Below are positions 1 through 8,664 of a DNA stretch of 60,997 nt, piece by piece. Position numbers and translations under genes: made by a program. Location of the stretch: positions 1 to 60,997 of IMG/VR virus record IMGVR_UViG_3300031565_011186; one strand, given 5' to 3'. The notes beneath the pieces are model-generated. The model was not told the DNA's origin and searched no databases. It saw only the letters and a list, made by a program, of their open reading frames with translations. The stretch comes from a virus (taxonomy: Duplodnaviria; Caudoviricetes). The stretch's first letter is position 1. The number at the start of each line of letters is the position of its first letter.

Positions 1-128
1 AGGAGCCTGACGCGTTCCGGCGCGGTCACCTCTTCCTGCACCCGAGCCGGCATGAGGGCAACGCCTACGCCCTCCTGGAGGCAGCGGCGTCAGGCCTGCC
101 GATCGTGACCACCAACGCCGGCCTGTTC
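1..128. repeat. Terminal direct repeat, left copy (assembly overlap of a circular or permuted genome)
   Basis: 21-128 is identical to 60890-60997; 1-20 aligns to 60870-60889 with 4 mismatches. Confidence 0.95.
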
Positions 129-350
129 GAGGACATCGCCTGGGACGCTGACGGGCGGACGGCGCTGGGTTACACTCTCCCCATCACCGCGACGCCTGAG
201 CAATTCGCCCTCGCCGTCAAGAAGGTCGCGCGGGGGATCCCGCAGGGTTGGTGGGCGCCGCGGCCCTGGGCCGAGGCCAACTGCAACATGACGGAATTTG
301 CCAACCAGTGGGACGCCTTCCTGCGTCAGTTCGTAAGGAGGAAGCGATGA
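3..350 (+). CDS. GT4 glycosyltransferase, 3' part
   Basis: Same reading frame as the right-end ORF through the terminal overlap; stop at 350. Confidence 0.85.
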   Translation, partial: EPDAFRRGHLFLHPSRHEGNAYALLEAAASGLPIVTTNAGLFEDIAWDADGRTALGYTLPITATPEQFALAVKKVARGIPQGWWAPRPWAEANCNMTEFANQWDAFLRQFVRRKR

Positions 351-706
351 CAACAAAGCAGGAGCTCACGGTAGACCGGACGCCGATCCGCGAGGCAGTC
401 GCGAGGGGCTGGTGCCAGGCCGACCAGACCTTGAAGACCATCGACCCCGCCCTGGCCGACGCGATCGTGGCTCAGGTCGCGCCGCTGGTCGACAGGTTGG
501 CCACGGGCCTGGAGGACATGATCGACGCCGTCCAGTGGATGAGCGGCGCCGACGACTTCGAGGTGGGAGGGAAGGCCTGGGTCGGCTGGCAGAAGACGTG
601 CGAGCGCCTGTTCGCGCAGATGGCCCTGCTGAAGTTCTGGAAGGGAGAGGCAACCGATGTTCAAAAGCAAGAGCGGGACGCGGGCGGAGAGGGTCGCGGC
701 GAATAA
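347..706 (+). CDS. Hypothetical protein
   Basis: AAGGAGG RBS, ATG overlapping the upstream stop, genome-like codon usage. Confidence 0.7.
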   Translation: MTTKQELTVDRTPIREAVARGWCQADQTLKTIDPALADAIVAQVAPLVDRLATGLEDMIDAVQWMSGADDFEVGGKAWVGWQKTCERLFAQMALLKFWKGEATDVQKQERDAGGEGRGE

Positions 707-872
707 CGAGTGGATGCGCCGCTTCATTGAGGAGCCGGAGCGCTTCGAGCGCGAGTTCGAGGCGGTCTGCCGGTTCAAGACCGAGGAGGCACACGGGCGG
801 GTGCCCTCCCACGGCGAGCGCATCGTCGCCTACGAGGAGTCGATCGTGGCTGACCTGAGGGCCAAGAAGTGA
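657..872 (+). CDS. Hypothetical protein
   Basis: GGAGAGG RBS, coupled to the next gene. Confidence 0.6.
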   Translation: MFKSKSGTRAERVAANNEWMRRFIEEPERFEREFEAVCRFKTEEAHGRVPSHGERIVAYEESIVADLRAKK

Positions 873-1294
873 GCCGGATCTATCACTTCACCGTGCCGAT
901 GCCGCCCGAGATCCTGAGACCCAACGGGCGCGGATCCTGGGCAGCGAAGCAGGCGTTCGGCAAGGCGTACGCCCAGCAGGTCGGCGACATGATCCACAAT
1001 CAAGTCATCGCCGCCGCGCCGAGTGCGCCGTGGCCGGAGGCGCGCAAGTACGGGCGCCTCTTGGCCACGATGTGTTGCCGCGGCGCCGCGCCCGACCCCG
1101 ACAACCGCGTCGGGATCCTGAAGCCTATCATCGACGTGCTCCAGGTCGCCAACCGGAGCACGGGCAAGCGGTACCGCCTCGGGCTGATCACCAATGACCG
1201 GCACTTGGAAGTCCAGCCCGTCGAGGCCTGCGCGCAGGAACGGGCGCTGAAGGAGTCCGTGATCGTATTGCGACTGGAGGTGTGGAATGGATGA
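869..1294 (+). CDS. RusA-like Holliday junction resolvase
   Basis: PMPP..L.PN start, PDPDN...KPIIDVL and LITNDR acidic motifs. Confidence 0.7.
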   Translation: MSRIYHFTVPMPPEILRPNGRGSWAAKQAFGKAYAQQVGDMIHNQVIAAAPSAPWPEARKYGRLLATMCCRGAAPDPDNRVGILKPIIDVLQVANRSTGKRYRLGLITNDRHLEVQPVEACAQERALKESVIVLRLEVWNG

Positions 1295-1529
1295 CTCTCC
1301 GCCGTTGCAGGCTGACCCTGGGGCCCCCGTCGCGGACGTGGCCGAACTGCTAAAGCAGATGAAGAAAAACGGCGGCCTGCCGCGCTGCGTCGAATGTGGC
1401 ACGCCGACAACCGGCGCCAAGACCGGCCTCGACGGCGAAAGGATCCCGCTCTGCAAGGACTGCTGCTTCCAAGGTGCGCCGGCAAATCGTGCCGAACGCC
1501 GAGCACGCCGAAGAGGGAGGAGACGATGA
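1287..1529 (+). CDS. Small zinc-finger protein
   Basis: CVEC...LCKDC, basic tail. Confidence 0.55.
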   Translation: MDDSPPLQADPGAPVADVAELLKQMKKNGGLPRCVECGTPTTGAKTGLDGERIPLCKDCCFQGAPANRAERRARRRGRRR

Positions 1530-1795
1530 AGAAGACGAACTTCAGGATCCGCACCCTCTGCCCCTGCGGCCGTCTCCTCGGGACTCCCTGGAGGGGCAAT
1601 GACTTCTTCCTCGACGCCGTCATCTGCCCGAGGTGCGCGGCCCCGCGGGACGACTGGACGGAGATCGCCCTGCGCTGGGTCGACCTCAGCACCTGGTGGA
1701 AGCCCTTCACCTGGCGCAGCGGTTACTGGGAGGATCCGGACGGGCAGGTCTATTTCGAATTCGACGGCCGGCTGGTCAAGAAGGTCGAGCCATGA
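1526..1795 (+). CDS. Small zinc-ribbon protein
   Basis: CPCG...CPRC, GGGAGG RBS. Confidence 0.65.
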   Translation: MKKTNFRIRTLCPCGRLLGTPWRGNDFFLDAVICPRCAAPRDDWTEIALRWVDLSTWWKPFTWRSGYWEDPDGQVYFEFDGRLVKKVEP

Positions 1796-2778
1796 AGATC
1801 TGGATCCAGTCCAGCGCCTTCCTGCCCACGCCGCCGCCGTCTACGGGCGGCCTCGAGACCGTCGTGGCCGAGATCGCCGCATCCCTGGCCCATCGCGGGC
1901 ATGACGTGACGCTCTTCGGCCTGGCCGGCTCTGCCGTCGAGGGCGTCGAGGTCATCACGGTCGTGCCGTACCGCCAACCGCACCAAACCGAGAGGGCGAT
2001 CGTCGACAAGATGGAGGGCCTGCGCCGGCCCGACGTGCTATTTGATCACAGTTTCTACCAGTTGGCCCAGCAGCGCTGGCCCGACCTGCCGGTCGTCACG
2101 CAGAGCCATGGCTGGGTCAAGATGCCGCCTCACGCCCGCAACCCCGTCTTCTGCTCGCGTCACCACGGGCAGTGGCACGGCATCCCTGACCCCATGCTGG
2201 CGCTGACCAACGTCCAGCCGGAGGCCTACGCGCTCGGCGGCCCTATGGCGGGGCGCGGCAACCCCCTCTTCCTCGGCCGGATCGTGCCCTACAAGCGCGT
2301 CCACCTGGCTGCTGACCTTTGCTTCACGGCAGGCCTGAAACTGAACGTCGCGGGCCCAATCAGCGACGGCGACTATTTCGCCGCGTCGATACAGCGTCGC
2401 ATCGGCGACGGCATCTGCCACCACCTCGGCGAGGTCGCGGGGAGCCACAAGGCCGAACTCCTGGCGAACGCCTGCTGCCTCATGTTCACCTCGGAGGCGG
2501 AGGAGCCGGCCGGCATCGTCATGCTGGAGGCGATGGCTGCGGGCACGCCCGTCTTCGCCTTTGACCACGGCGCCAACCCCGAGTACATCCTCCACGGCCG
2601 GACGGGCTTCCTCTTCAAGGACGAGGCCGACTTCTTGGCCGGTCTGCAGCGCCGCTGCTGGCTCGAGATCGACCCAGTGGAGTGCAGGCGGCACGTCGAG
2701 GCCGTCTTCTCACCCGAGAGGGCGGGTGATAGGATCGAGGCGCTGCTCAAGATGGCAGCGGAAGGAGATCGCTGGTAA
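1792..2778 (+). CDS. GT4-family glycosyltransferase
   Basis: TGGLE, RGHDVTLF, FLGRIVPYK, EEPAGIVMLEAMAAGTPV. Confidence 0.9.
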   Translation: MKIWIQSSAFLPTPPPSTGGLETVVAEIAASLAHRGHDVTLFGLAGSAVEGVEVITVVPYRQPHQTERAIVDKMEGLRRPDVLFDHSFYQLAQQRWPDLPVVTQSHGWVKMPPHARNPVFCSRHHGQWHGIPDPMLALTNVQPEAYALGGPMAGRGNPLFLGRIVPYKRVHLAADLCFTAGLKLNVAGPISDGDYFAASIQRRIGDGICHHLGEVAGSHKAELLANACCLMFTSEAEEPAGIVMLEAMAAGTPVFAFDHGANPEYILHGRTGFLFKDEADFLAGLQRRCWLEIDPVECRRHVEAVFSPERAGDRIEALLKMAAEGDRW

Positions 2779-3560
2779 TGACTCCGATTGAATACGCCTG
2801 GGAACTCTGCTCGGCCTACTGGCCAGGCCTGCCGCGTGAGGACTTTGACGCCTACGCCGGCGACGACTACGCCCTGGGCCAGCTTGAATGGGCGGACATG
2901 GTCGAGAACGGCGAAGGCCCGATGGAAGAACGCATGACGCGCTTCTACGAACGCGCCTTCGGCTGGATATTCGTGCTGCTCCGCACCTGCGACGAACTGG
3001 TCAATGCCTGGCCGGATGATCGGCACCGCGCCAATATCGCGCAGTCCTACCTCGCCAGCAACGCCGCCGGCCCGCAGGTGATCTTGGACTATGGGGGCGG
3101 GGTCGGCAGCGAGGCGATCTACCTCGCCCAGGTGGGCCACCACATCTGTTATCAGGACGTGGGAGAAATGGCTCGCTTCGCTGCCTGGCGCTTCGAACGC
3201 GAAGGCTTGCTGGCGGCAGGCTGGCACAATGGCGTGCGCAACCCGCCAATCCGGCTCTGGAAACCGAATGATGCGAGACGGCGGGGCTACTGGGACGCTA
3301 TCGTGGCGCTCGACGTACTGGAACACCTGAATGATCCCGCTGGCGTGCTGGCCGATCTTGCCCAAAGCCTCCGGCCTGGGGGCCTGCTGATCGCGACACG
3401 GCACAGTTTCAAGGCCCACCCAACCCACAACCCCACAACCTTCTGGCTGCAGCAGAAGATGGACGAAGTGCTGGACGGCCTGGGCTTGAGGCGGTTTGCG
3501 GGGCCAGAGGGCCATTACGGGATCGGCGGATGGCGGAAAACGGGGGCGGCGCCCGCGTAG
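2778..3560 (+). CDS. Class I SAM-dependent methyltransferase
   Basis: ILDYGGGVG, DVLEHL, LRPGGLL. Confidence 0.9.
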   Translation: MTPIEYAWELCSAYWPGLPREDFDAYAGDDYALGQLEWADMVENGEGPMEERMTRFYERAFGWIFVLLRTCDELVNAWPDDRHRANIAQSYLASNAAGPQVILDYGGGVGSEAIYLAQVGHHICYQDVGEMARFAAWRFEREGLLAAGWHNGVRNPPIRLWKPNDARRRGYWDAIVALDVLEHLNDPAGVLADLAQSLRPGGLLIATRHSFKAHPTHNPTTFWLQQKMDEVLDGLGLRRFAGPEGHYGIGGWRKTGAAPA

Positions 3561-3651
3561 AGCCGCGCGTGGCCGCACACGGTGCCCGTCAGGCGCCGAA
3601 ATGGGATCGGCGCGGGTGTGGGGGCCGACCGGCCCGAAAAGGAGGCGTGTC

Positions 3652-4197
3652 GTGCGTGCTGAAGTCTACAACTGGGTCGCCGGTGTGGTGCGGGAGCAGA
3701 AACCGCAGGCGCCTGTCCTGGAGGTGGGAGCCCGCGACGTCAACGGATCCGTGAGGTCACTGTTCCCGCCGGCGGGATACCTCGGGATCGACATGGTCGC
3801 CGGCCCAGGCGTCGACCTCGTACAGGACATCCTCGGCGCCGGCGGTTGGAGATTCGAGGGGGCCTTTAACACAGTCGTTTGTTGCGAAACCCTCGAGCAT
3901 ATCAAGGAGCCCTGGACGGCGCTCGACATCATGGCGATGGCGCTCAGGCCTGGCGGCCTGCTGATCGTCTCCTGGTGCTTCGCCTTCCCGCTCCACGACG
4001 CGGAGCCCGAGAAGGGGCAGAGTGGCGACTTCTGGCGCACGACGCCCCAGGGGCTGGACTACCTGCTGCGCCGCGCCGGCCTGACGGACATCGTCGTCCA
4101 GACCGAGGGCTGCGGCCGGCCCAGGAACGCGCCGCCAGAGGAGGCCGACTGGCAATATCCCGTCGGCGTCTTCGCTCACGCCAGGAGGCCAGCGTGA
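3652..4197 (+). CDS. Class I SAM-dependent methyltransferase
   Basis: VLEVGARDVNGS, GIDM..GPGVD, ETLEH, LRPGG, DFWR. Confidence 0.9.
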   Translation: MRAEVYNWVAGVVREQKPQAPVLEVGARDVNGSVRSLFPPAGYLGIDMVAGPGVDLVQDILGAGGWRFEGAFNTVVCCETLEHIKEPWTALDIMAMALRPGGLLIVSWCFAFPLHDAEPEKGQSGDFWRTTPQGLDYLLRRAGLTDIVVQTEGCGRPRNAPPEEADWQYPVGVFAHARRPA

Positions 4198-4370
4198 TTC
4201 GCTTTCGCCATCGACGGGCTTGCCGGCTCTACCGCCGCCTCTGGGCGGCCTGGCGCGATGGCCGCCAGGTGATCCCGCCGTCCTGGCAAGCCGAGAATCC
4301 CCTCGCTCTGGGCCGCGTGCGGCGGACGTTCATGCGCGACCTTCTACAGGCCGAAAGGACGCGACGATGA
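4194..4370 (+). CDS. Small basic hypothetical protein
   Basis: AGGAGG RBS, GTG overlapping the upstream stop, stop overlapping the next start. Confidence 0.55.
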   Translation: MIRFRHRRACRLYRRLWAAWRDGRQVIPPSWQAENPLALGRVRRTFMRDLLQAERTRR

Positions 4371-4936
4371 CGACCTTCGAGGAGATGCAGCGCGGCGAAC
4401 TGGACTGGTGGATCGCCTACCTTGGGCACCCCCATGCGGTCAGCCGGATCTTCGCCCTGTACGGCTACCGGTACTTGCCCTTCTTCTTCGAGGAGTTCAA
4501 TCACCTGGGCGAGGTCGTCGACTTCGGGTCAGGGCCGATCAGCGCCGCGTACATCGCTGAGCCGGCGCCGCGGGAGGTGATCTGCGTCGACCCGTTGATG
4601 CCGGAATATCACAAGCACGAACTGGTCTACGGCAGTCCCGTCGTCGAATGGCCGCCCCTGCCCGCCGCCGTCTTCGACACCGCCCTCCTCCTGAACGTCC
4701 TTGACCACTGCGAGGAGCCACAGAATCTCATCCGTGAAGCAGCGCGCAGTCTTGTCGGCGGCGGCGGCGCCCTGGTGTGGAGCCACGTAAACCAGGAGAC
4801 CGACTCGCTTCATCGCACTATTCACGCTGCGGAGATCGCCGGTTGGCTGCAGGAGGCCGGACTGTCGCTGCAGCGAGACGAAGTGAAGACCCACCTGGGA
4901 GTCATGTCCTACATGGCGAAGGCGGTCAAGCAGTGA
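4367..4936 (+). CDS. Class I SAM-dependent methyltransferase
   Basis: VDFGSGP, VDPL, NVLDHC. Confidence 0.85.
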   Translation: MTTFEEMQRGELDWWIAYLGHPHAVSRIFALYGYRYLPFFFEEFNHLGEVVDFGSGPISAAYIAEPAPREVICVDPLMPEYHKHELVYGSPVVEWPPLPAAVFDTALLLNVLDHCEEPQNLIREAARSLVGGGGALVWSHVNQETDSLHRTIHAAEIAGWLQEAGLSLQRDEVKTHLGVMSYMAKAVKQ

Positions 4937-5451
4937 GCGACCGGATCTGGCAGGTCGAACTGGGGTGCGGCCGGCGCAAGGCGGAGGGCTACTTCGGCGT
5001 CGACCGCGTTGCCCTCCCTGGCGTCGACCTCGTGCACAACCTGGAGCAGCGGCCCTGGCCCATGGGTGACTGCTCCGTCCGCCGCCTCATCGCCCACCAG
5101 ACGCTCGAGCACATCGGCGACCTGATCGGCTTCATGGCGGAGGCCTGGCGCGTCTGCCTCGACGGCGCCTGGGTCGAGTTCGTTGTGCCTTTCCACACGG
5201 CACCGACCGCCTGGGGCGACCCGACGCACGTGCGCGCCTTCACCTTCGAGACCTTCAGGTATTTCGAGCCTGGCTTCATCCGGCCCTGGGGTGACTACGG
5301 GATCCGGACGTATTGGCACATCGTCGAGCAGGCCGCCAACCCCCAGGGGAACCTCTGGGTGCTCATGCGGCCGATCAAGTCGTGGGCCTCGCTCATGGCC
5401 CACGCCAGGGAGGCGAGATGGCGCAATCGCAAGCAGAAGATGCTGGGCTGA
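4933..5451 (+). CDS. Class I SAM-dependent methyltransferase (type 11-like)
   Basis: ELGCG, GVDLVHNL, TLEHI, EAWRV, DPTHVR. Confidence 0.9.
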   Translation: MSDRIWQVELGCGRRKAEGYFGVDRVALPGVDLVHNLEQRPWPMGDCSVRRLIAHQTLEHIGDLIGFMAEAWRVCLDGAWVEFVVPFHTAPTAWGDPTHVRAFTFETFRYFEPGFIRPWGDYGIRTYWHIVEQAANPQGNLWVLMRPIKSWASLMAHAREARWRNRKQKMLG

Positions 5452-6245
5452 CGGCGACGATCGTCGTCCTGACCCACAACCGGCGCGCGGCGCTGGTGAC
5501 CTGCCTGCAGAAGATCTGGGACAACACGACGGTTGTTGCCGAAGTCATCGTGGTCGACAACGGCAGCACGGACGGGACGGCGGAACTTCTCAGGGAGTAC
5601 GCCGTGCCTGAGCGCCCACTGTTTGACGCCATCACCGTCAGCAGCAACGAAGGCGTCTGCGCGCGCAACCATGCCCTGCGCCTCGCCAAGGGCGAGTTCA
5701 TCCTGCAGGTCGACGACGACGTCGAGGTGGGGCCGCGCTGGGATGAATATCTCCTCGCGCCCTTCACTGACCCCAAGGTCGGCGCCGTGGGCCAGGAGGG
5801 CTTCTTCGTGAACTGGGCAGGCCTGCTGTCTGGCCCTTGGGTCGGGCCGAACTTCCTTGACGACCGCCGGCCAGCGCCAGGCGAGTTCTGCGACCTCGTC
5901 ATGGGCTACTGCTGGGCGTGGCGCAACACCTGGGGGCCGTACCCATCACGCAGCGCGCCGCTTGGCTACGAAGACCGGCCGGTCTTCCTCTACGACGAGC
6001 GGTTCAACCCGCATTGGCACGAGGAGACCGACCTGCAGTTGCAGATCAAGGTCGCCGGCTACCGGATCCGCTGCGGCCCCGTGGTCGCGCGGCACCGGAG
6101 CCAGAAGGACTGGGCGGCGGCCCGCGGCAACGATCCGCTGATCGGCCTACAGCACGCGGCTGACCACGAGCGGCTGCTGATCGAGAAGTGGCGGGACAAA
6201 CGCGAGCTCCTCCGGCTGGAACTCGACCGGCGAGGTGAGCAATGA
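5418..6245 (+). CDS. GT2-family glycosyltransferase
   Basis: IVVLTHN, VIVVDNGSTDGT, ARN, QVDDD, EETDL. Confidence 0.9.
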   Translation: MAQSQAEDAGLTATIVVLTHNRRAALVTCLQKIWDNTTVVAEVIVVDNGSTDGTAELLREYAVPERPLFDAITVSSNEGVCARNHALRLAKGEFILQVDDDVEVGPRWDEYLLAPFTDPKVGAVGQEGFFVNWAGLLSGPWVGPNFLDDRRPAPGEFCDLVMGYCWAWRNTWGPYPSRSAPLGYEDRPVFLYDERFNPHWHEETDLQLQIKVAGYRIRCGPVVARHRSQKDWAAARGNDPLIGLQHAADHERLLIEKWRDKRELLRLELDRRGEQ

Positions 6246-6415
6246 GCATCAAGGACTTCGTGGCCAGGCAAAAGGCGCGGGCCGCCTACCTCGTCGAGCG
6301 TGTCCTGACGGCGACGGAGGAGGCGTCAGGAGAGGGCGGCGTCCTCCCGAAGTTGCCGGCGAAAAATGAACGGCGCCGGATGAAGGACGGATCGAAGGAG
6401 ATCCACACTTCTTGA
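6242..6415 (+). CDS. Small hypothetical protein (57 aa)
   Basis: GAGGTG RBS, ATG overlapping the GT2 stop; MSIKDFVARQKARAAYLVERV...; below the ORF track cutoff. Confidence 0.4.
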   Translation: MSIKDFVARQKARAAYLVERVLTATEEASGEGGVLPKLPAKNERRRMKDGSKEIHTS

Positions 6416-6486
6416 TCAAGATCGTCTTAAGATCTACAACCGGATCGGGTATAGGGGAGTGATCATCCGTCCATCCTTCCTTCATC
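6379..6486. other. Origin-like locus: GATC cluster within nested inverted repeats
   Basis: 7 GATC in 6390-6464; palindrome TCTTGATCAAGA; arms GATGAAGGA/TCCTTCATC and GGACGGAT/ATCCGTCC; locally low GC. Confidence 0.45.
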
Positions 6487-6523
6487 GCCTGCACGCAGGC
6501 GCACGCGCGCGCGAGGACGGGAA

Positions 6524-6541
6524 ATGTTTCACGTGAAACAT
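6524..6541. promoter_or_regulatory. parS: parS centromere-like site
   Basis: Perfect 18-bp palindrome ATGTTTCACGTGAAACAT containing the canonical TGTTTCACGTGAAACA; intergenic. Confidence 0.85.
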
Positions 6542-6552
6542 GGGGGCACGAG

Positions 6553-7773
6553 ATGAGGATCTACGTCATAAGCGAGTTGAACCTGAAGGCCGGCAGCGGC
6601 TACACGACCATTACCCGCGGCCTGGCGGCCGAGATGGGCCTCCGCGGCCACGAGGTGAAGATCAGCGCGGTCTGGAACGACGGCGCTGAGCACCGGCTGC
6701 CGGCGACAGTCATGCCCTGCCAGCCAGAGATGTTGCCCGTCCAGGCGCGTCAGGTCTTGGACAACTTCAAACCTCAGGTGATCGTGGGCATCGCCGATAT
6801 CACGAAGCACGTCGAGTGGCAGGCCCTCATGAGCAGCGGCGTCCCGTACATCGGGATCTTCCCGCTGGAGAGCGATCCCCTGGCGCACCCGCACGAGTTC
6901 ACGCGGGTCATCGAACTGATGGCCATGGCGCTGCTCGAGACCGCCTGGGGAACGAAGTTGTGCCAAGACGTCGGCCTGACGGCGCGCCACATACCGATCG
7001 GCATCGACTGCGCCTTCTGGCGGCCGCCACGGGCGGCGGAGCGGCGCGCGGTCAGGGCCCGCATGGACAAGGCTGACGCCTTCGTCGTCCTGACGGTCTG
7101 CGACAGCCACGAACGCAAGAACCTGCCGGCGGCGGTCGCGACCGTCGCGCTCTTCTGCGGCAAGAAGATCGAATGGCCGCCAGGATCCGGCAGGAAGATC
7201 AGTGGCCCCGAGCCCGTCTGGACTGACGCCCAGATGATCATCAACACGAAGCGCCGGCCGGAAAGCGTCGGCTACTCGATGTGGAACCTCGCGGACTACT
7301 TCCACATGCAGAACGAGTTGACCTTCTATCAGCACGACCGCGAGGGCGGCCTCAGTGACGAGCAGTTGCGCGACCTCTACTGGGCGGCCGACGCCTTCCT
7401 GCTGACCAGCAAGGCGGAGGGCCTCGGCCTGCCCGTGATGGAGGCCATGGCGTGCGGCCTGCCCTGCGTCTGTACCGAGACCGGCGGCATGGCTGAGAAC
7501 CTGGCAGATGACCGCGGCTGGCTCATCCCCGCCGAGTACTCGTGCCTGGATCCGTTCGGCAACCAGTACCGGCGATTTGCCGACCCGCAGGCCGCGGCGC
7601 AACTGCTGCAGAACGTGCGGATCCAGCGGGTCGATCGGAAGGCGCGGGTGAGCAAGGCCCTGAGGTGGATCCGGCAACGTACTTGGGCCCGCGCGGCAGA
7701 CGTTCTTGAGGAGGCAATCAATGGGGTCGTCAGCGACACGAAGGAACCGGAGGCGGGCGGATCGGGCGAGTAA
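6553..7773 (+). CDS. GT4-family glycosyltransferase
   Basis: SGY, ERKN, ADAFLLTSKAEGLGLPVMEAMACGLPCV. Confidence 0.92.
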   Translation: MRIYVISELNLKAGSGYTTITRGLAAEMGLRGHEVKISAVWNDGAEHRLPATVMPCQPEMLPVQARQVLDNFKPQVIVGIADITKHVEWQALMSSGVPYIGIFPLESDPLAHPHEFTRVIELMAMALLETAWGTKLCQDVGLTARHIPIGIDCAFWRPPRAAERRAVRARMDKADAFVVLTVCDSHERKNLPAAVATVALFCGKKIEWPPGSGRKISGPEPVWTDAQMIINTKRRPESVGYSMWNLADYFHMQNELTFYQHDREGGLSDEQLRDLYWAADAFLLTSKAEGLGLPVMEAMACGLPCVCTETGGMAENLADDRGWLIPAEYSCLDPFGNQYRRFADPQAAAQLLQNVRIQRVDRKARVSKALRWIRQRTWARAADVLEEAINGVVSDTKEPEAGGSGE

Positions 7774-8608
7774 GCGCCCGCCGGCGAAGAACCTGCCCGT
7801 GTTGGCGCTGCCGTTCCGTGGCAGTGTCGACGTCGTCGTGAGCATCCAGGTCGAGGTCAGCCGGCTGGGGCCCTGCCTCGAAGCCCTGCGCGCTGAGTTG
7901 CCGGCCTCAGCGACGATCACCGTAGCGGACTCCGTGCGCGAGACACTCCCTGACGCCGGCAAGCGCCACGAGGAGATCGCCCTGGTCTCGCGCCGGTTCG
8001 AGGCCCACGTCATTCGCAACGCCCGCGGTCAGTGGGACGCCCGCAACCGCGCCGCCAGCGCCGGTCAGGCGCCGCTCCTCTTCTTCCTCGATGGCGACGC
8101 CGTCCTGGCGCACGGCGCCTGGGCCAAGGTCAGCGACCACATGGGGCGGGAGGACGTCGGCGTCCTCGGGGGCATGCTGCTCTGGGGCCTGAACCTCACC
8201 AAGCCCGAGATCAAAGAGGGCACGATCAAATACGCGGGCTTCGCCTTCGGGGCGCGTCTCATGCCCTACGCCCGCTTCCAGGGCTGGCTGCCTGACAACT
8301 CGAAGATCTACGCCCGCGATGACCTCCAGGCCGTGCCGGCCGCGATCATGGTGACGCGCCGGACGCTCTTCCGAAACCTGCATGGCTTCGACCCCGCCGA
8401 CAACTTCAAGGGGCTCTGTTACGCTGACGCGCACTACTGCGTGCGGGCCCGCGCCAATGGGCTCCTGGTCGCGTTTGAGCCGACGCTCTTCGCGGTCACG
8501 GCCCGCGAGCCGTTCGCCGTCGACGGGCAGGAACTGCGCGCCGGCGGCCAGGTGCTTCAGGCCATATCGCGTCACCTCTGCCAGTTCGACGAGTACCGCC
8601 TCCTCTGA
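7721..8608 (+). CDS. GT2-family glycosyltransferase
   Basis: ARN, LFFLDGD, AVPAA, GFD...YADAHYC. Confidence 0.8.
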   Translation: MGSSATRRNRRRADRASKRPPAKNLPVLALPFRGSVDVVVSIQVEVSRLGPCLEALRAELPASATITVADSVRETLPDAGKRHEEIALVSRRFEAHVIRNARGQWDARNRAASAGQAPLLFFLDGDAVLAHGAWAKVSDHMGREDVGVLGGMLLWGLNLTKPEIKEGTIKYAGFAFGARLMPYARFQGWLPDNSKIYARDDLQAVPAAIMVTRRTLFRNLHGFDPADNFKGLCYADAHYCVRARANGLLVAFEPTLFAVTAREPFAVDGQELRAGGQVLQAISRHLCQFDEYRLL

Positions 8609-8634
8609 CCGGCGGGAACGTCAGGCCTGAGCCG

Positions 8635-8648
8635 GTCGACCATATCAG
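8635..8648 (+). promoter_or_regulatory. Putative late promoter motif (GTCGACCATATCAG)
   Basis: Variant of the GTCGACCATTAG motif, upstream of the head-tail connector. Confidence 0.5.
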
Positions 8649-8664
8649 GTGAAGGGAGAGCCCC

